From Actinomycetota bacterium (GTDB lineage: Bacteria; Actinomycetota; Actinomycetes; Nanopelagicales; Nanopelagicaceae): a stretch of 44,494 nt of DNA. Shown here piece after piece: positions 12,662 through 23,520 of the stretch. The notes below the pieces were generated by a model that saw nothing but the letters and a program-made list of their open reading frames with translations, was not told where the DNA came from and did no database searches. The stretch spans positions 1-44,494 of the forward strand of contig JBJOIM010000001.1 in the NCBI GenBank assembly GCA_046047175.1. Reading direction: 5' to 3'. The position numbers were made by a program, and so were the translations under genes. Within the stretch, counting starts at the first letter, position 1. Every line of letters begins with the position of its first letter.

Positions 12662-13264
12662 ATGAATATTGCAGAGCTCAAAGAAAATCTATACAACTAC
12701 ACCGATCAACAACGTCGCGCCCTAGTTTTCATTAGTTTGCTTGGAATTGGACTGGCCCTATTTCTTTTTAGTACCACGAGGGGTAGCGCCGAAGCGCAAG
12801 AGGCTCCTATGCCAAAGTTAAGTATCTCTCCAATTGCAAAAAACATCTTGGTGCATGTTGCGGGCAAGGTTAAGAAGCCCGATGTTTATCCATTGCTGCA
12901 GGGCTCCCGAGTTGCAGATGCCATCAAAGCGGCTGGTGGCGCGAAGCAGGGGGTAGATCTCAGCGATATAAATCTGGCCCGAATTTTGGTTGATGGAGAG
13001 CAAATATATGTGGGATATCAACCAAAGGTGATTTCCTCATCCAAAAGCAGTTCGAGTAAAAAGAGTTACTCAGGAATTGTCAATATAAATCGGGGCACGA
13101 AAGCAGAGTTTGACTCTCTTACAGGTATCGGTCCGGTAATTGCGGCACGGATTATTAGTTACCGTAATCAAAATGGTCCATTTATGAGCATTGAGGATCT
13201 GTTAAAGGTCTCCGGCATTGGCGTTAAAACCTTAGCGAGAATAAAACTGAGATTAACTCTGTAA
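12662..13264 (+). CDS. comEA: Competence protein ComEA (DNA receptor; SLBB plus helix-hairpin-helix)
   Basis: It has an N-terminal TM segment, an SLBB-like region (VHVAGKVKKPDVYPL) and a C-terminal tandem HhH (LTGIGPVIAARIISYR...LLKVSGIGVKTLARI). Confidence 0.88.
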   Translation: MNIAELKENLYNYTDQQRRALVFISLLGIGLALFLFSTTRGSAEAQEAPMPKLSISPIAKNILVHVAGKVKKPDVYPLLQGSRVADAIKAAGGAKQGVDLSDINLARILVDGEQIYVGYQPKVISSSKSSSSKKSYSGIVNINRGTKAEFDSLTGIGPVIAARIISYRNQNGPFMSIEDLLKVSGIGVKTLARIKLRLTL

Positions 13265-13276
13265 AGGAGCCATCAA

Positions 13277-13304
13277 AAAAGCCGCGGTCGGAACTGCGGC
13301 TTTT
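13277..13304 (+). terminator. Hairpin with flanking A/T runs between comEA and comEC (possible intrinsic terminator or attenuator)
   Basis: AAAAGCCGC-GGTCGGAACT-GCGGCTTTT: a 5-bp GC stem extended by A:T pairs with a 10-nt loop, ending 1 nt before the comEC ATG. Confidence 0.3.
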
Positions 13305-13305
13305 A

Positions 13306-15546
13306 ATGTTCAGTGCCGGCATCTGGATCGGCGCCCTCTTAGCCAGTGCCTATAGTTGGAGATGGGCGTTATTGATTGCTCCAATTGGCCTACTTCTTTA
13401 CTCGAGAGCTAATGCTGTTTCAATTCTGGCTTGGTCACTTCTGGTGGGTTGCGCGATTTACTCACTGCATCTGGCGACACTGCAGAACAGCCTGTTAGCA
13501 AAGATCGCTCAAGACCGTGGTGCCGTTGTCTTACAAGCCAAAGTAACAAGTGATATCAAGTCAACTACCCCAAAGGTGCAAGGTTCACAACTTAATCGCT
13601 CGCAGAACTCATTTGTAGTACGGGCCACCTATGTTGAGTGGGATAGCAAAGAGAGTTCAATACGTTTGCCGGTAAGAATTCTAAGTAAACATAACGCTGA
13701 AATTTCGTTGGGCGATGACATAGAAATAAGTGGCAAATTAATTGTTACAAAGGAAAAGAGAGTTGCGGCCACATTAATAACTGATGATGCTCCTAAGATT
13801 CTGCGCTCAGCAGGAAAACTATCTGAATTTCTAAATCAAATCAGAGAAGAGTTTCGGGGTCAGGCAGCCCGTTTCAATTCAAATGCTGGGGCATTAGTGC
13901 CGGGAATGATTCTGGGTGATACATCTTTACAATCGCCAAGTTTTACATCGCAGATGCGCAGATCAGGACTATCTCATTTGACAGCTGTTAGCGGTGCAAA
14001 CTTTGCGATTGTTAGCGCCTTAGTTTTATGGCTTAGTAAGTTGTTATTTGAACGTTTGGTCATTCAACTGCTTACGACCAGTAGCTTCTTGGTGCTCTTT
14101 TTATTATTAGTGAGGCCTTCACCCTCAGTTTTGCGTGCCGGGGTAATGGCAGCGGTGATCTTGTTGGCCCGCGCGACGGGGAATAAGAGAAATGCAGCAT
14201 CAGCGCTGGCAGCCGCCATAACACTTCTACTGCTACTAGACCCTTTTCAATCCCATGATCCCGGTTTTGTTTTGTCGGTACTGGCAACTAGTGGATTAAT
14301 CTTCTTAGCCCCGGAGATCACCTCCCGTATGCAGAGTTGGCTGCCAAAATGGTTGGCCGAGGTTTTTGGGGTTTCGTTGGCTGCCACACTGCTCTGCACC
14401 CCTTACATTCTTTATCTCTCTGGAGAGATCTCAGCTCTGAGCGTTTTATTCAATGTTTTGGCGGCCCCAGCAGTAGCCCCGATTACCATTATTGGCTTCA
14501 TATCGGTACTCCTACTACCCATATCTTGGCTCTCAGTATTTCTTTTAACTGTGACTACCTCATTGGCAAATTGGATTGTTTTCGTTTCATCGCTATCTCT
14601 ATCGACGCCGACTTTGCAACTTAATCCTTTATTGTTGATATTTATTTGTTTTGTTGGATTATTGATACGCAAAACAAAGCGTCTCCTGCTATTCCTATTA
14701 TTGGCAGGAGTTTTGATTATCAACTTGACGCCACGATTGGGATTTCCCGGATCAAAGTGGCAGGTTGTGCAATGCGATGTAGGTCAGGGAGATGCTTTAG
14801 CCATATCTCTAGGCAATGGATCGGGTTTGCTATTTGATACGGGGCCAGATCCAACTTTGATTGATCGTTGTTTAAGAATATTGAAAATAGAAAAGCTTCC
14901 TCTGATAGTTCTCTCTCACAATCACGCTGACCATACCTATGGCTTGATGGGGGCGATACGGAATAGAGTTGTTGGAGAAATTTGGAGCAATGGCAATGTC
15001 GAATTACCGGAAGATTTAAAATCTATTAACCGGGTAGTCAAGCAAGGTGATACCGCACAAATTGGAGGGATACTTTTAGAGGTGCTATGGCCAAAGTCGG
15101 ACCTGTCGGTTAGTTATTCAACCCTTCCGGGAGATGGCTCGGCGGAAAACAATCACAGCCTGGTGATTAAAGTTATTCATAATGGGGTTTCGATCTTAAT
15201 TACCGGCGATATCGAACCGGAGGCGCAAAGAGAAATTCTGTTGCAGGGCTATTTATCAGCGATAGACATTTTGAAGGTGGCTCATCACGGCTCCCGTTTT
15301 CAGGATCAAGAGTTTTTACAAACTACCCAACCGAAGGTGGCTTTGATAAGCGTAGGCAAGGGAAACAGTTACGGCCACCCCGACCCTTTATTGATAGATT
15401 CATTAGGAGAAATGGGCAGCGATGTGCGCAGAACTGATTTACATGGTCCAATCGCGGTGGGGTGGAGATTTGATGGCGGGATAAAGCGTTATATATTCAC
15501 CATGAGAGATATGAGAAAGGAGTGGTGGCGGGTTCAATGGCGTTAG
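13306..15546 (+). CDS. comEC: DNA internalization-related competence protein ComEC/Rec2
   Basis: 746 aa. It has a polytopic competence domain and a C-terminal metallo-beta-lactamase domain (DVGQGDA, SHNHADHTYG, KVAHHGS). Confidence 0.92.
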   Translation: MFSAGIWIGALLASAYSWRWALLIAPIGLLLYSRANAVSILAWSLLVGCAIYSLHLATLQNSLLAKIAQDRGAVVLQAKVTSDIKSTTPKVQGSQLNRSQNSFVVRATYVEWDSKESSIRLPVRILSKHNAEISLGDDIEISGKLIVTKEKRVAATLITDDAPKILRSAGKLSEFLNQIREEFRGQAARFNSNAGALVPGMILGDTSLQSPSFTSQMRRSGLSHLTAVSGANFAIVSALVLWLSKLLFERLVIQLLTTSSFLVLFLLLVRPSPSVLRAGVMAAVILLARATGNKRNAASALAAAITLLLLLDPFQSHDPGFVLSVLATSGLIFLAPEITSRMQSWLPKWLAEVFGVSLAATLLCTPYILYLSGEISALSVLFNVLAAPAVAPITIIGFISVLLLPISWLSVFLLTVTTSLANWIVFVSSLSLSTPTLQLNPLLLIFICFVGLLIRKTKRLLLFLLLAGVLIINLTPRLGFPGSKWQVVQCDVGQGDALAISLGNGSGLLFDTGPDPTLIDRCLRILKIEKLPLIVLSHNHADHTYGLMGAIRNRVVGEIWSNGNVELPEDLKSINRVVKQGDTAQIGGILLEVLWPKSDLSVSYSTLPGDGSAENNHSLVIKVIHNGVSILITGDIEPEAQREILLQGYLSAIDILKVAHHGSRFQDQEFLQTTQPKVALISVGKGNSYGHPDPLLIDSLGEMGSDVRRTDLHGPIAVGWRFDGGIKRYIFTMRDMRKEWWRVQWR

Positions 15547-16499
15547 CTCAGATTGTTTTGATTCTTGGCGGCGAATCGGTATTGGCCGATCGCGCTCTAT
15601 CTCAAGTGTTGGATCAAAGAGCTGATTATGAGAAATCAGTCTTGGATGGCTCCCAATTGGATTTAGGCAAGTATGCCGAGACCGTCGCACCTTCTCTATT
15701 TGCAGACAAGCGGGTAGTCGTTGTTAAAGATTTACAGGATGTGGTTTCTGAGGTACAGGATGAGATTGAGGAACAATTTGCTCATCTCGAGCCCAACCTC
15801 CATCTTGTTTTTCTGCACAAAGGCGGGGTTAAAGGTAAGGCCCTTTTAGAAAAGTTAAAGAAGCTAAAACCTGAGCTAATTACCTGCGAACCAATTAAGA
15901 AGGCGGCCGATAAAGAGAGTTTTGTTAGAGAAGAGTTTGCTAGACACGGGAGAAAGATCTCTCCTGCTGGAGTAACAGCACTAGTCGAAGCAACTGGAAG
16001 TGACACTAGAGAATTAGCTGCCGCATGTAGTCAAATTTCTTTTGATACCAATGCTGGGAAAGTGTTAATCGATGAAACCGATATCGCTAAGTATTACCAA
16101 GGTCGGGTAGAGGCGACCGGGTTTGATGTTGCAGATGCAACACTGTCAGGAAACCCGAAAGCGGCTTTGATTGCACTTCGCAATGCATTAGATACCGGCA
16201 CAGATCCGGTAATGATTGTTTCAGCCTTAACCTCATCAATTCGAACTTTGGCTAAGGTCTCTGGTGCACCGCGAAATGCCAATGCCTTCCAACTAGCTGG
16301 CAGCCTTGGTCTAGCTCCATGGCAGATAGATAAGGCGCGGCGACAATTAACAAAATGGTCACCATCTTTAATCGCCTATTCCACTCGAGAGTTATCCCGT
16401 GCTGATGTGGCCATAAAAGGGGCGGAGGCGGACCCGATTTTTGCTCTGGAGCGCACGGTAATGGCGATCGCCAATCAGGTGGCCCAGAACTACAGATAG
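15537..16499 (+). CDS. holA: DNA polymerase III, delta subunit
   Basis: About 320 aa with HolA-like sequence, directly after comEC as in most Gram-positives. I prefer the ATG at 15537 to the ORF-track GTG at 15522. It overlaps the comEC end. Confidence 0.85.
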   Translation: MALAQIVLILGGESVLADRALSQVLDQRADYEKSVLDGSQLDLGKYAETVAPSLFADKRVVVVKDLQDVVSEVQDEIEEQFAHLEPNLHLVFLHKGGVKGKALLEKLKKLKPELITCEPIKKAADKESFVREEFARHGRKISPAGVTALVEATGSDTRELAAACSQISFDTNAGKVLIDETDIAKYYQGRVEATGFDVADATLSGNPKAALIALRNALDTGTDPVMIVSALTSSIRTLAKVSGAPRNANAFQLAGSLGLAPWQIDKARRQLTKWSPSLIAYSTRELSRADVAIKGAEADPIFALERTVMAIANQVAQNYR

Positions 16500-16619
16500 T
16501 CCAGTGCCTGGCTCAGCCTGGGCAGGCTCAGTTTGAGCCCAATCACGGTCGGCTGATACCCTTCGGCGCTCAATTAGTCCTAAGCACAACCGATTTACCA
16601 ACTGGAAGGCTCAACGTTC

Positions 16620-16889
16620 GTGGCAAATATCAAGTCTCAGATCAAGCGAATCAAGACCAATGAAAAGGCGCGCCTGCGCAACAAGTCAGTTCGCTCATCT
16701 TTCAAGACCGCGATCCGTCGCTTCCGTGATGCTGTTGCATCAGGTGACTCCAAGGCGATTGCTACTGAGCTAAGTGCAGCAACCCGCGAACTTGATGTTG
16801 CGGTTTCCAAAGGTGTTATCCATGCCAACCAAGCTGCTAACAAGAAGTCAGCAATGGCAAAGTCAGCTCACAAAGCTGGCGTTCGTTAA
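16620..16889 (+). CDS. rpsT: 30S ribosomal protein S20
   Basis: It starts [23 protein letters not shown]..., a canonical S20 N-terminus, from a GTG codon. Confidence 0.96.
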   Translation: MANIKSQIKRIKTNEKARLRNKSVRSSFKTAIRRFRDAVASGDSKAIATELSAATRELDVAVSKGVIHANQAANKKSAMAKSAHKAGVR

Positions 16890-16925
16890 TCACCCCGGCA
16901 AAAATAACTTAGTAGGCGAGCGCTA

Positions 16926-18794
16926 ATGCCTGCAATACCCTTAAGCAAAGCGCCACAACCGGCTGCCACAAATCCGGAGCAGATTCGAAACTTCTGCATC
17001 ATCGCTCACATTGATCACGGCAAATCCACTTTGGCCGATCGCATGTTGGGAATTACTGAGGTTGTAGAGGCGCGCAATATGAGAGCGCAGTATCTCGATC
17101 GCATGGATATCGAGCGCGAACGCGGCATCACGATTAAAAGTCAAGCGGTGCGTCTGCCGTGGAAATCTGGAATTGATGGCAAGGAGTACATCCTTAACAT
17201 GATCGACACTCCAGGCCATGTTGACTTTACATATGAAGTCTCTCGTTCTTTAGCAGCATGTGAAGGTGCGATTCTGCTTGTTGACTGCGCACAGGGAATT
17301 GAAGCCCAGACTCTAGCTAACCTGTATCTCGCAATGGAAAATGATTTGACCATCATTCCCGTTCTAAACAAGATCGATTTGCCTGCTGCTCAACCAGAGA
17401 AGTTTGCTCTAGAGCTTTCAAAATTAGTTGGTTGCAAACCAGAAGATTGTCTTCGTGTTTCAGGCAAAACCGGCGCCGGAGTGGAAGAGTTATTAGATCA
17501 AATCGTGGCGCAGATTCCAGCCCCGAAGGGAAAACCAGAGGGCCCAGCACGCGCTCTAATCTTTGACTCGGTTTATGACACATATCGCGGTGTAGTGACT
17601 TATGTCAGAGTTGTCGATGGTCATCTATCGCCTAGAGAGCAGATTCAAATGTTTTCTACCGGCGTCAAGCATGAGCTGTTAGATATCGGAGTTATCTCTC
17701 CAGAGCCAGTATCAAGCAAGGGTTTGGGTGTTGGCGAGGTAGGTTATTTAATAACTGGAGTTAAGGATGTACGCCTATCCCGCGTTGGAGATACGGTAAC
17801 TACATTCCACAAAGCAGCCACTGAAGCGCTTTCTGGATACAAAGATCCTAAGCCAATGGTTTTCTCCGGCCTCTATCCAATTGATGGTGATGAGTATCCA
17901 ATGCTTCGTGATGCTCTTGATAAGTTGCAGTTAAATGATGCAGCTTTAGTTTATGAACCAGAGACCTCAGCTGCTTTGGGATTTGGTTTCCGCTGCGGTT
18001 TTTTAGGCCTACTTCATATGGAGATTGTCCGGGAACGCCTCGAGCGTGAGTTCAACTTAACTTTGATTTCAACCGCACCAAACGTGGTTTATCGGGTCAC
18101 TACTGAAGGTGGCCAGGAGCTGGTTGTGACCAACCCCAGTGAGTACCCAAGTGGGAAAGTCGATAAGGTTTTAGAGCCAATCGTGCGTGCGACGATTCTT
18201 TCGCCGAGTGATTTTATTGGCACGATTATGGAGCTCTGCCAGCAACGACGTGGAACTCTAAATGGCATGGATTATCTCTCTGAAGATCGTGTTGAGATTC
18301 GTTATACATTGCCGTTGGCTGAGATTGTTTTTGATTTCTTTGATCAACTTAAATCCCGCACCAAAGGTTATGCCTCCCTTGATTATGAGCCAATCGGAGA
18401 GGCCGAAGGTGATTTGGTGAAGGTGGACATCTTGTTACAGGGCGACACGGTTGATGCATTTAGCTCGATTGTTCATCGCGAAAAGGCTTATGCGTATGGC
18501 GTAATGATGACAACCAAATTACGTGAGTTGATTCCAAGGCAACAATTTGAGGTTCCGATTCAGGCAGCGATTGGTGCGAAAATAATCGCGCGTGAAAACA
18601 TCCGTGCTATTCGAAAGGATGTTTTGGCAAAGTGTTACGGCGGTGACATCACCCGAAAGCGCAAACTTCTGGAGAAGCAGAAGGAAGGTAAGAAGCGCAT
18701 GAAGATGGTTGGTCGGGTTGAGGTTCCCCAGGAGGCGTTTATCGCTGCGCTATCCACCAACGCTGATGCTGAAAGTGGAAAGGTCAAAAAGTAA
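16926..18794 (+). CDS. lepA: Translation elongation factor 4
   Basis: 622 aa. It has the GTPase G1 motif [10 protein letters not shown]3 motif DTPGHVDF and NKID, plus the LepA C-terminal domain. Confidence 0.96.
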   Translation: MPAIPLSKAPQPAATNPEQIRNFCIIAHIDHGKSTLADRMLGITEVVEARNMRAQYLDRMDIERERGITIKSQAVRLPWKSGIDGKEYILNMIDTPGHVDFTYEVSRSLAACEGAILLVDCAQGIEAQTLANLYLAMENDLTIIPVLNKIDLPAAQPEKFALELSKLVGCKPEDCLRVSGKTGAGVEELLDQIVAQIPAPKGKPEGPARALIFDSVYDTYRGVVTYVRVVDGHLSPREQIQMFSTGVKHELLDIGVISPEPVSSKGLGVGEVGYLITGVKDVRLSRVGDTVTTFHKAATEALSGYKDPKPMVFSGLYPIDGDEYPMLRDALDKLQLNDAALVYEPETSAALGFGFRCGFLGLLHMEIVRERLEREFNLTLISTAPNVVYRVTTEGGQELVVTNPSEYPSGKVDKVLEPIVRATILSPSDFIGTIMELCQQRRGTLNGMDYLSEDRVEIRYTLPLAEIVFDFFDQLKSRTKGYASLDYEPIGEAEGDLVKVDILLQGDTVDAFSSIVHREKAYAYGVMMTTKLRELIPRQQFEVPIQAAIGAKIIARENIRAIRKDVLAKCYGGDITRKRKLLEKQKEGKKRMKMVGRVEVPQEAFIAALSTNADAESGKVKK

Positions 18795-18795
18795 G

Positions 18796-19941
18796 GTGAG
18801 CCGCAGGCTCTCGTTTTATATCCATATCCCTTACTGCATTAAGCGCTGTGGTTACTGCGACTTCAACACTTACACGCCTGCGGAGTTAAAGGGCCCAGAT
18901 CTTTTATCGGTTTCCAGTAATTACATATCCGCAGCGATTACTGAGATTGGTATGGCCCACAAGGTTGTGGGGGAGGTTGAGGTGCCGAGCATCTTTTTCG
19001 GAGGTGGGACACCTTCCTTAATGCCGGCACAGGAATTGGCTGCGGTGATCAGCGAGATACGCAGCAAATTTTCACTACTTCCTGACGCGGAGATAACTAT
19101 CGAGGTCAATCCTGATTCAGTAACTCTGCAGTTCTTGCATGAGATGCGTGCCGCCGGCGCCAATCGAATCTCAATGGGGATGCAATCTGCAGTCCCACAT
19201 GTTTTACAGGTTCTAGATCGCACACACAATCCAGAGAATGTGGCTACCGCTGTTTCAAATGCACGTGCCGCAGGTTTTGAACATGTAAGTGTTGATTTGA
19301 TTTATGGTGCGCCGAAGGAAAGCTTCGCAGATTGGCAAAGTTCAGTTCAAGCTGCACTTTCCCTTCCAATTGATCACATAAGCGCTTATGCCTTAATCGT
19401 CGAAAAAGGAACCAAGTTAGCGGCTCAAGTTTCGAGGGGAGATTTGGAATTACCTTCCGAGGATGAAACTGCAGAGAAATATAGATATGCAGATGACCAA
19501 TTTGTAGCTGCGGGTTTTGATTGGTACGAACTTAGCAACTGGAGCAAACCAGACGGTAGTTGCAAACACAACATCGCATACTGGGATGGCTCACATTGGT
19601 GGGGAATTGGTCCAGGCGCACATTCATATCTTGATAACAAGAGATGGTGGAATGTAAAACATCCAAATACCTATATCCAAAAGGTTTCTGAAGGCGATTT
19701 ACCGGTATTGAATGAAGAGCATTTAACCCCTGCCAATCTTGCAGATGAGTACATCATGTTGCAGATAAGGAGAAGAGAGGGAATTCCCTTGGACAGATTA
19801 GATAAGAAACAGGTAGAAAATTGCCTAGAGTATTTATCGAGTGGACATTTAAATGGGCAGAGTTGGCGGGATGGAAAGTTAGTATTAAGCCAATCGGGCC
19901 GCTTAATTGCGGATCGAATCGTGCGTTCTCTGGTGATGTAG
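18796..19941 (+). CDS. hemW: Radical SAM heme chaperone HemW (HemN-like, oxygen-independent coproporphyrinogen oxidase family)
   Basis: The CxxxCxxC cluster motif is YCIKRCGYCDF. The ORF-track start at 18709 lies inside lepA. The GTG at 18796, 2 nt after the lepA stop, gives the usual N-terminus (VSRRLSFYIHIPYC). Confidence 0.88.
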   Translation: MSRRLSFYIHIPYCIKRCGYCDFNTYTPAELKGPDLLSVSSNYISAAITEIGMAHKVVGEVEVPSIFFGGGTPSLMPAQELAAVISEIRSKFSLLPDAEITIEVNPDSVTLQFLHEMRAAGANRISMGMQSAVPHVLQVLDRTHNPENVATAVSNARAAGFEHVSVDLIYGAPKESFADWQSSVQAALSLPIDHISAYALIVEKGTKLAAQVSRGDLELPSEDETAEKYRYADDQFVAAGFDWYELSNWSKPDGSCKHNIAYWDGSHWWGIGPGAHSYLDNKRWWNVKHPNTYIQKVSEGDLPVLNEEHLTPANLADEYIMLQIRRREGIPLDRLDKKQVENCLEYLSSGHLNGQSWRDGKLVLSQSGRLIADRIVRSLVM

Positions 19942-19954
19942 TAAATTTGCGCCC

Positions 19955-20299
19955 ATGTCCACTCTTCACACTGTAATTACCTTGTTTTTAGCGGTGGCTT
20001 TTTTATTTGCAGGATTATCTAAGGCCAGCGGCAGTAATGCTGGGTTGTCCGGTACCAGAGATGTGGGCTTCCCTGATGGACTTGCGAGATTAGTAGGAAT
20101 CTTTGAGATTCTGGCTTCCTGCTCTCTTTTCATCGGCTTCGCTTTAGAAAACACAGATTTGAAGTTATATGGATTTGTAATTGTCTGGTTCGTAATGGCT
20201 GGAGCTATCTTCTTTCACTTTAAAGCCAACAAGGCCCGCACTGCATTTCCAGCTATGTTGTTAATAATTCTCTCCACTATTGGCATCGCAACGATATAG
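19955..20299 (+). CDS. DoxX-family small integral membrane protein
   Basis: 114 aa with 4 hydrophobic helices and a DoxX-like pattern (LARLVGIFEILASCSLFIG). The function is unknown. Confidence 0.7.
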   Translation: MSTLHTVITLFLAVAFLFAGLSKASGSNAGLSGTRDVGFPDGLARLVGIFEILASCSLFIGFALENTDLKLYGFVIVWFVMAGAIFFHFKANKARTAFPAMLLIILSTIGIATI

Positions 20300-20311
20300 A
20301 TCTTCACAAAA

Positions 20312-21343
20312 ATGGAAACCCGTCAGCTAGAAATTCTGCGCGCAATTGTTGAAGAGTATGTCGCAACTGAAGAGCCGGTTGGCTCTAAAGCGATATCGCA
20401 GCGTCATGGATTAGGAATTTCGCCAGCCACAATCCGCAATGAGATGTCGGTTCTAGAAGATGCCGGTCTGATTACGCAACCACACACCAGCGCCGGTCGA
20501 ATTCCAACCGACAAGGGTTATCGACTATTTGTCGACAAGATCGCAACTGTTAAACCTTTGTCAAAGGCAGAACGTCGTGCCATTGAAACCTTTTTAGAAG
20601 GGGCCAATGATTTAGATGACATCGTTATGCGTACCGTACGCCTGTTGGCTCAGGTGACTAAGCAGGTTGCTGTTGTGCAGTACCCCTCGCTGACAAGATC
20701 ACGAGTCAAACACATCGAACTTGTGCAGCTAACCCCATCTAGGTTGATGATGGTTTTGATTACGAATACCGGAAGAGTTGAACAACGGGTATTGGAACTG
20801 CCATATGACTTGAGCGAAGCGTTATTAACTGATCTACGCACCCGGCTGAACCAAGCTGTTACTGGAAAGCCAATGTCAGATGTTGCGTCTCAATTAGAGG
20901 GAATTCTTTCTGCCTTTGGTCGAAATGAGAGAACCTCAACTGCACTGATAATCTCCAATCTAATTGAAATGGCAATTGAAAGACCAGAGGAAAAAGTGGT
21001 TTTGGCAGGAACCGCTAACTTGGCACGGGCTACCGGAGAATCATCTGCAGAGATTCACGGAATTCTCGAAGCGTTAGAGGAGCAGGTAGTTTTGCTTCGC
21101 TTACTCAGCGATGCCGGTGACACCATGAGGGTGCGCATTGGAGAAGAGCAAAACGAATCAGTTTTAAAGAAAACCAGCTTGGTAAGTATGGGATATGGAT
21201 TTGATGGCTCCTCTCTCAATAAATCTTCTCTGGGAGGATTGGGAATTATCGGTCCAACCCGAATGGATTACTCATCCTCTATGTCAGCGGTAAATGCGGT
21301 TGCTAGATATGTTGGCCGCTTTCTAACGGATAATCAATCATGA
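20312..21343 (+). CDS. hrcA: Heat-inducible transcription repressor
   Basis: 343 aa. It has the N-terminal wHTH R..IL.AIVEEYV...EPVGSKAI and the hrcA-dnaJ order. Confidence 0.94.
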   Translation: METRQLEILRAIVEEYVATEEPVGSKAISQRHGLGISPATIRNEMSVLEDAGLITQPHTSAGRIPTDKGYRLFVDKIATVKPLSKAERRAIETFLEGANDLDDIVMRTVRLLAQVTKQVAVVQYPSLTRSRVKHIELVQLTPSRLMMVLITNTGRVEQRVLELPYDLSEALLTDLRTRLNQAVTGKPMSDVASQLEGILSAFGRNERTSTALIISNLIEMAIERPEEKVVLAGTANLARATGESSAEIHGILEALEEQVVLLRLLSDAGDTMRVRIGEEQNESVLKKTSLVSMGYGFDGSSLNKSSLGGLGIIGPTRMDYSSSMSAVNAVARYVGRFLTDNQS

Positions 21344-22449
21344 GCGATCACTATCAAACACTTGGAGTTGATCGCAGCGCTTCAGCAGATGAAATAAAAA
21401 AGGTTTATCGCAAACTAGCGCGTGAGATGCATCCTGATGTAAACCCTGATCCAAAGGCGCAGGAACGCTTTAAAGAGATTACCGCAGCTTATGAGGTATT
21501 AAGTGATCCTCAGAAACGTAGCGCTTATGATCGCGGCGGAGATAATTTCGGTGGTTTTGGTGGCGGCTTCGGTGGATTCAGCGACATCATGGATGCTTTC
21601 TTTGGCGGTGGTGGCTCGCCACGTGGACCACGACCCAGAATGCGCCAAGGTCAAGATGCCTTAATTAGAACCACAATTGATTTGCATGAAGCATGTTTTG
21701 GAACTGATCGAGAAATTGGTGTCGAAACCGCTGTTATCTGTACTAAATGTGGCGGCGATGGCTGCGCTCCGGGAACATCTCCAAAAACCTGTGATATCTG
21801 TAGAGGTCGCGGCGAAATTCAACAGGTCACAAGATCTTTTATCGGTCAGGTAATGACTTCAAGGCCATGTGCAAGTTGTCAGGGATTTGGAACGGTAATT
21901 CCTTCAGTGTGCAGCGAGTGTGCTGGTGATGGACGGGTTCGAGCCAGACGCAGTATTGATGTGAAGATTCCTGCTGGAGTTGAAACTGGAAATCGCATGC
22001 AGCTATCTGGTCAGGGCGAAGTGGGTCCAGGTGGTGGACCAGCTGGTGATTTGTATGTCGAGATAATCGTTGAAGAGCATGAGTTCTTAGTGCGGGAGGG
22101 TGATGATTTACATCTTTCCGTATCAACCCCTATGACAGCTGCAGCTCTAGGAACCACAATGAAAGTTGAAAGCCTCGATGGCGAGATTGAGATTGAGATT
22201 AAAGCTGGCACACAAAGTGGGCATGTAATTACGATTAAAGGAAAAGGTATGACCAGGCTCCGTGGTGGCGGCCGAGGTGATTTATTCGCCCATATAAATG
22301 TGGAGATTCCCACCAAGTTATCCAAGCGACAAGAGGAGTTGTTACGGCAGTTCGCTGATGAGCGGGGCGATAACTCAAAATCCACACAGGTAAAGAAAAG
22401 TTCTGAAGGTGGAATCTTCGGCAAGTTTAGGGATGCGTTTAAAGGCTAA
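21340..22449 (+). CDS. dnaJ: Molecular chaperone DnaJ
   Basis: It has a J domain with HPD (EMHPDVNPD), a G/F-rich linker and four CxxCxGxG zinc-finger repeats. It has an ATGA overlap with hrcA. Confidence 0.96.
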   Translation: MSDHYQTLGVDRSASADEIKKVYRKLAREMHPDVNPDPKAQERFKEITAAYEVLSDPQKRSAYDRGGDNFGGFGGGFGGFSDIMDAFFGGGGSPRGPRPRMRQGQDALIRTTIDLHEACFGTDREIGVETAVICTKCGGDGCAPGTSPKTCDICRGRGEIQQVTRSFIGQVMTSRPCASCQGFGTVIPSVCSECAGDGRVRARRSIDVKIPAGVETGNRMQLSGQGEVGPGGGPAGDLYVEIIVEEHEFLVREGDDLHLSVSTPMTAAALGTTMKVESLDGEIEIEIKAGTQSGHVITIKGKGMTRLRGGGRGDLFAHINVEIPTKLSKRQEELLRQFADERGDNSKSTQVKKSSEGGIFGKFRDAFKG

Positions 22450-23165
22450 TGCTGCCACTTTTTATAGTCGATAATCTGCCTAACTCTGGATCATTAGAGA
22501 TTGATGGAGATGAGGCCAAACACGCGATTTCGGCTTTGCGAATTAAAAGTGGAGAATTGATTTCAGTAACAGATGGCAAAGGCGGGAGAGCTGATGCGCA
22601 GGTAATCAGCGTAAACCGAAAAACATTTGTAGTTGAATTAAATAATTATCAACAAGAGCCAAGTTCTCAGATAAAACTATCGGTGGTCCAGGCCCTAACA
22701 AAAGGGGATAGAGCTAGAGAAACCATAGAGTTACTTACCGAGGCTGGGGTAGATGAAATACTCCCTTGGAGCGCACAGCGCTGTGTTGGGCAATGGAAGG
22801 ATGATGCCTTAGAAAAATGGAGAATCTGGGCCAAAGAGGCCACTAAACAATCTAGAAGAAGTTGGATTCCGGAGATTTTAGATATTCAAACCACCAGAGA
22901 TATTGCGACGAGAGTTAAAGATTCTGAGCTTTCGCTGATCTTCCATGAGACAGGTGAGAAAAAACTTTCCCAAGTTTTATCTGAGAAATCACCCTCTTCT
23001 CTGCAGTTGATTATCGGTCCGGAAGGTGGGATCTCAGAAACGGAGTTAGAAGCTTTTAAGTTGGCTGGGGCCATAGAGGTAAGTATGGGTAAACCGGTAT
23101 TTCGCTCCGCCCATGCCGGCGCTGCTGCTTTGGCAGCGGTGCAAACCGGGTTAAGGGTCTGGTAG
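22449..23165 (+). CDS. rsmE: 16S rRNA (uracil1498-N3)-methyltransferase
   Basis: 238 aa, RsmE family, with the SPOUT knot motif IGPEGGISETE. It has a TAATG overlap with dnaJ. Confidence 0.88.
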   Translation: MLPLFIVDNLPNSGSLEIDGDEAKHAISALRIKSGELISVTDGKGGRADAQVISVNRKTFVVELNNYQQEPSSQIKLSVVQALTKGDRARETIELLTEAGVDEILPWSAQRCVGQWKDDALEKWRIWAKEATKQSRRSWIPEILDIQTTRDIATRVKDSELSLIFHETGEKKLSQVLSEKSPSSLQLIIGPEGGISETELEAFKLAGAIEVSMGKPVFRSAHAGAAALAAVQTGLRVW

Positions 23166-23174
23166 AGATAGCCC

Positions 23175-23510
23175 ATGGACTGTCTTTTTTGTGCAATAAC
23201 AAGAGGGGATATCCCGGCTGCAAAGCTTATGGAGAGTGAAAAAGCCCTAGCCTTTAATGACATTAACCCGCAAGCACCGGTTCATATTTTGATTATTCCA
23301 AAATCACATTATGAAAACATTGCCGAGTTGTCTAGCCAAGAGCCAGATACCGTTTCTGAACTTTTCAAAATGGCGCACCAACTTTCTCTAGATAACGCTC
23401 TTGAGGGTTACCGAACCGTTTTCAATACTGGAGCAGCTGCCGGACAGAGCGTTTTTCACGCTCATTTGCACCTCTTGGGCGGACGAGCGCTGCAATGGCC
23501 ACCTGGATAG
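23175..23510 (+). CDS. Histidine triad (HIT) family nucleotide hydrolase
   Basis: 111 aa with the HIT motif HAHLHLLGG. Confidence 0.9.
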   Translation: MDCLFCAITRGDIPAAKLMESEKALAFNDINPQAPVHILIIPKSHYENIAELSSQEPDTVSELFKMAHQLSLDNALEGYRTVFNTGAAAGQSVFHAHLHLLGGRALQWPPG

Positions 23511-23520
23511 ACTTGGCCTA

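Noticed and set aside
18709-18795. ORF-track 5' extensions that overlap the preceding gene: hemW from 18709, phoH from 23401, thiL from 35458, plsC from 32281, and the Lrp-like gene from 35415.
   Set aside because: The extended N-termini overlap upstream coding sequence or, for plsC, a terminator stem, and they do not resemble the family N-termini. Downstream ATG/GTG codons with better context give canonical N-termini.
19942-20311. A CIRCE operator (TTAGCACTC-N9-GAGTGCTAA) expected near the hrcA-dnaJ operon.
   Set aside because: I found no match to the CIRCE consensus in the short spacers upstream of the DoxX gene or hrcA. CIRCE in actinobacteria is normally at the groES/groEL promoters, which are not in this window.
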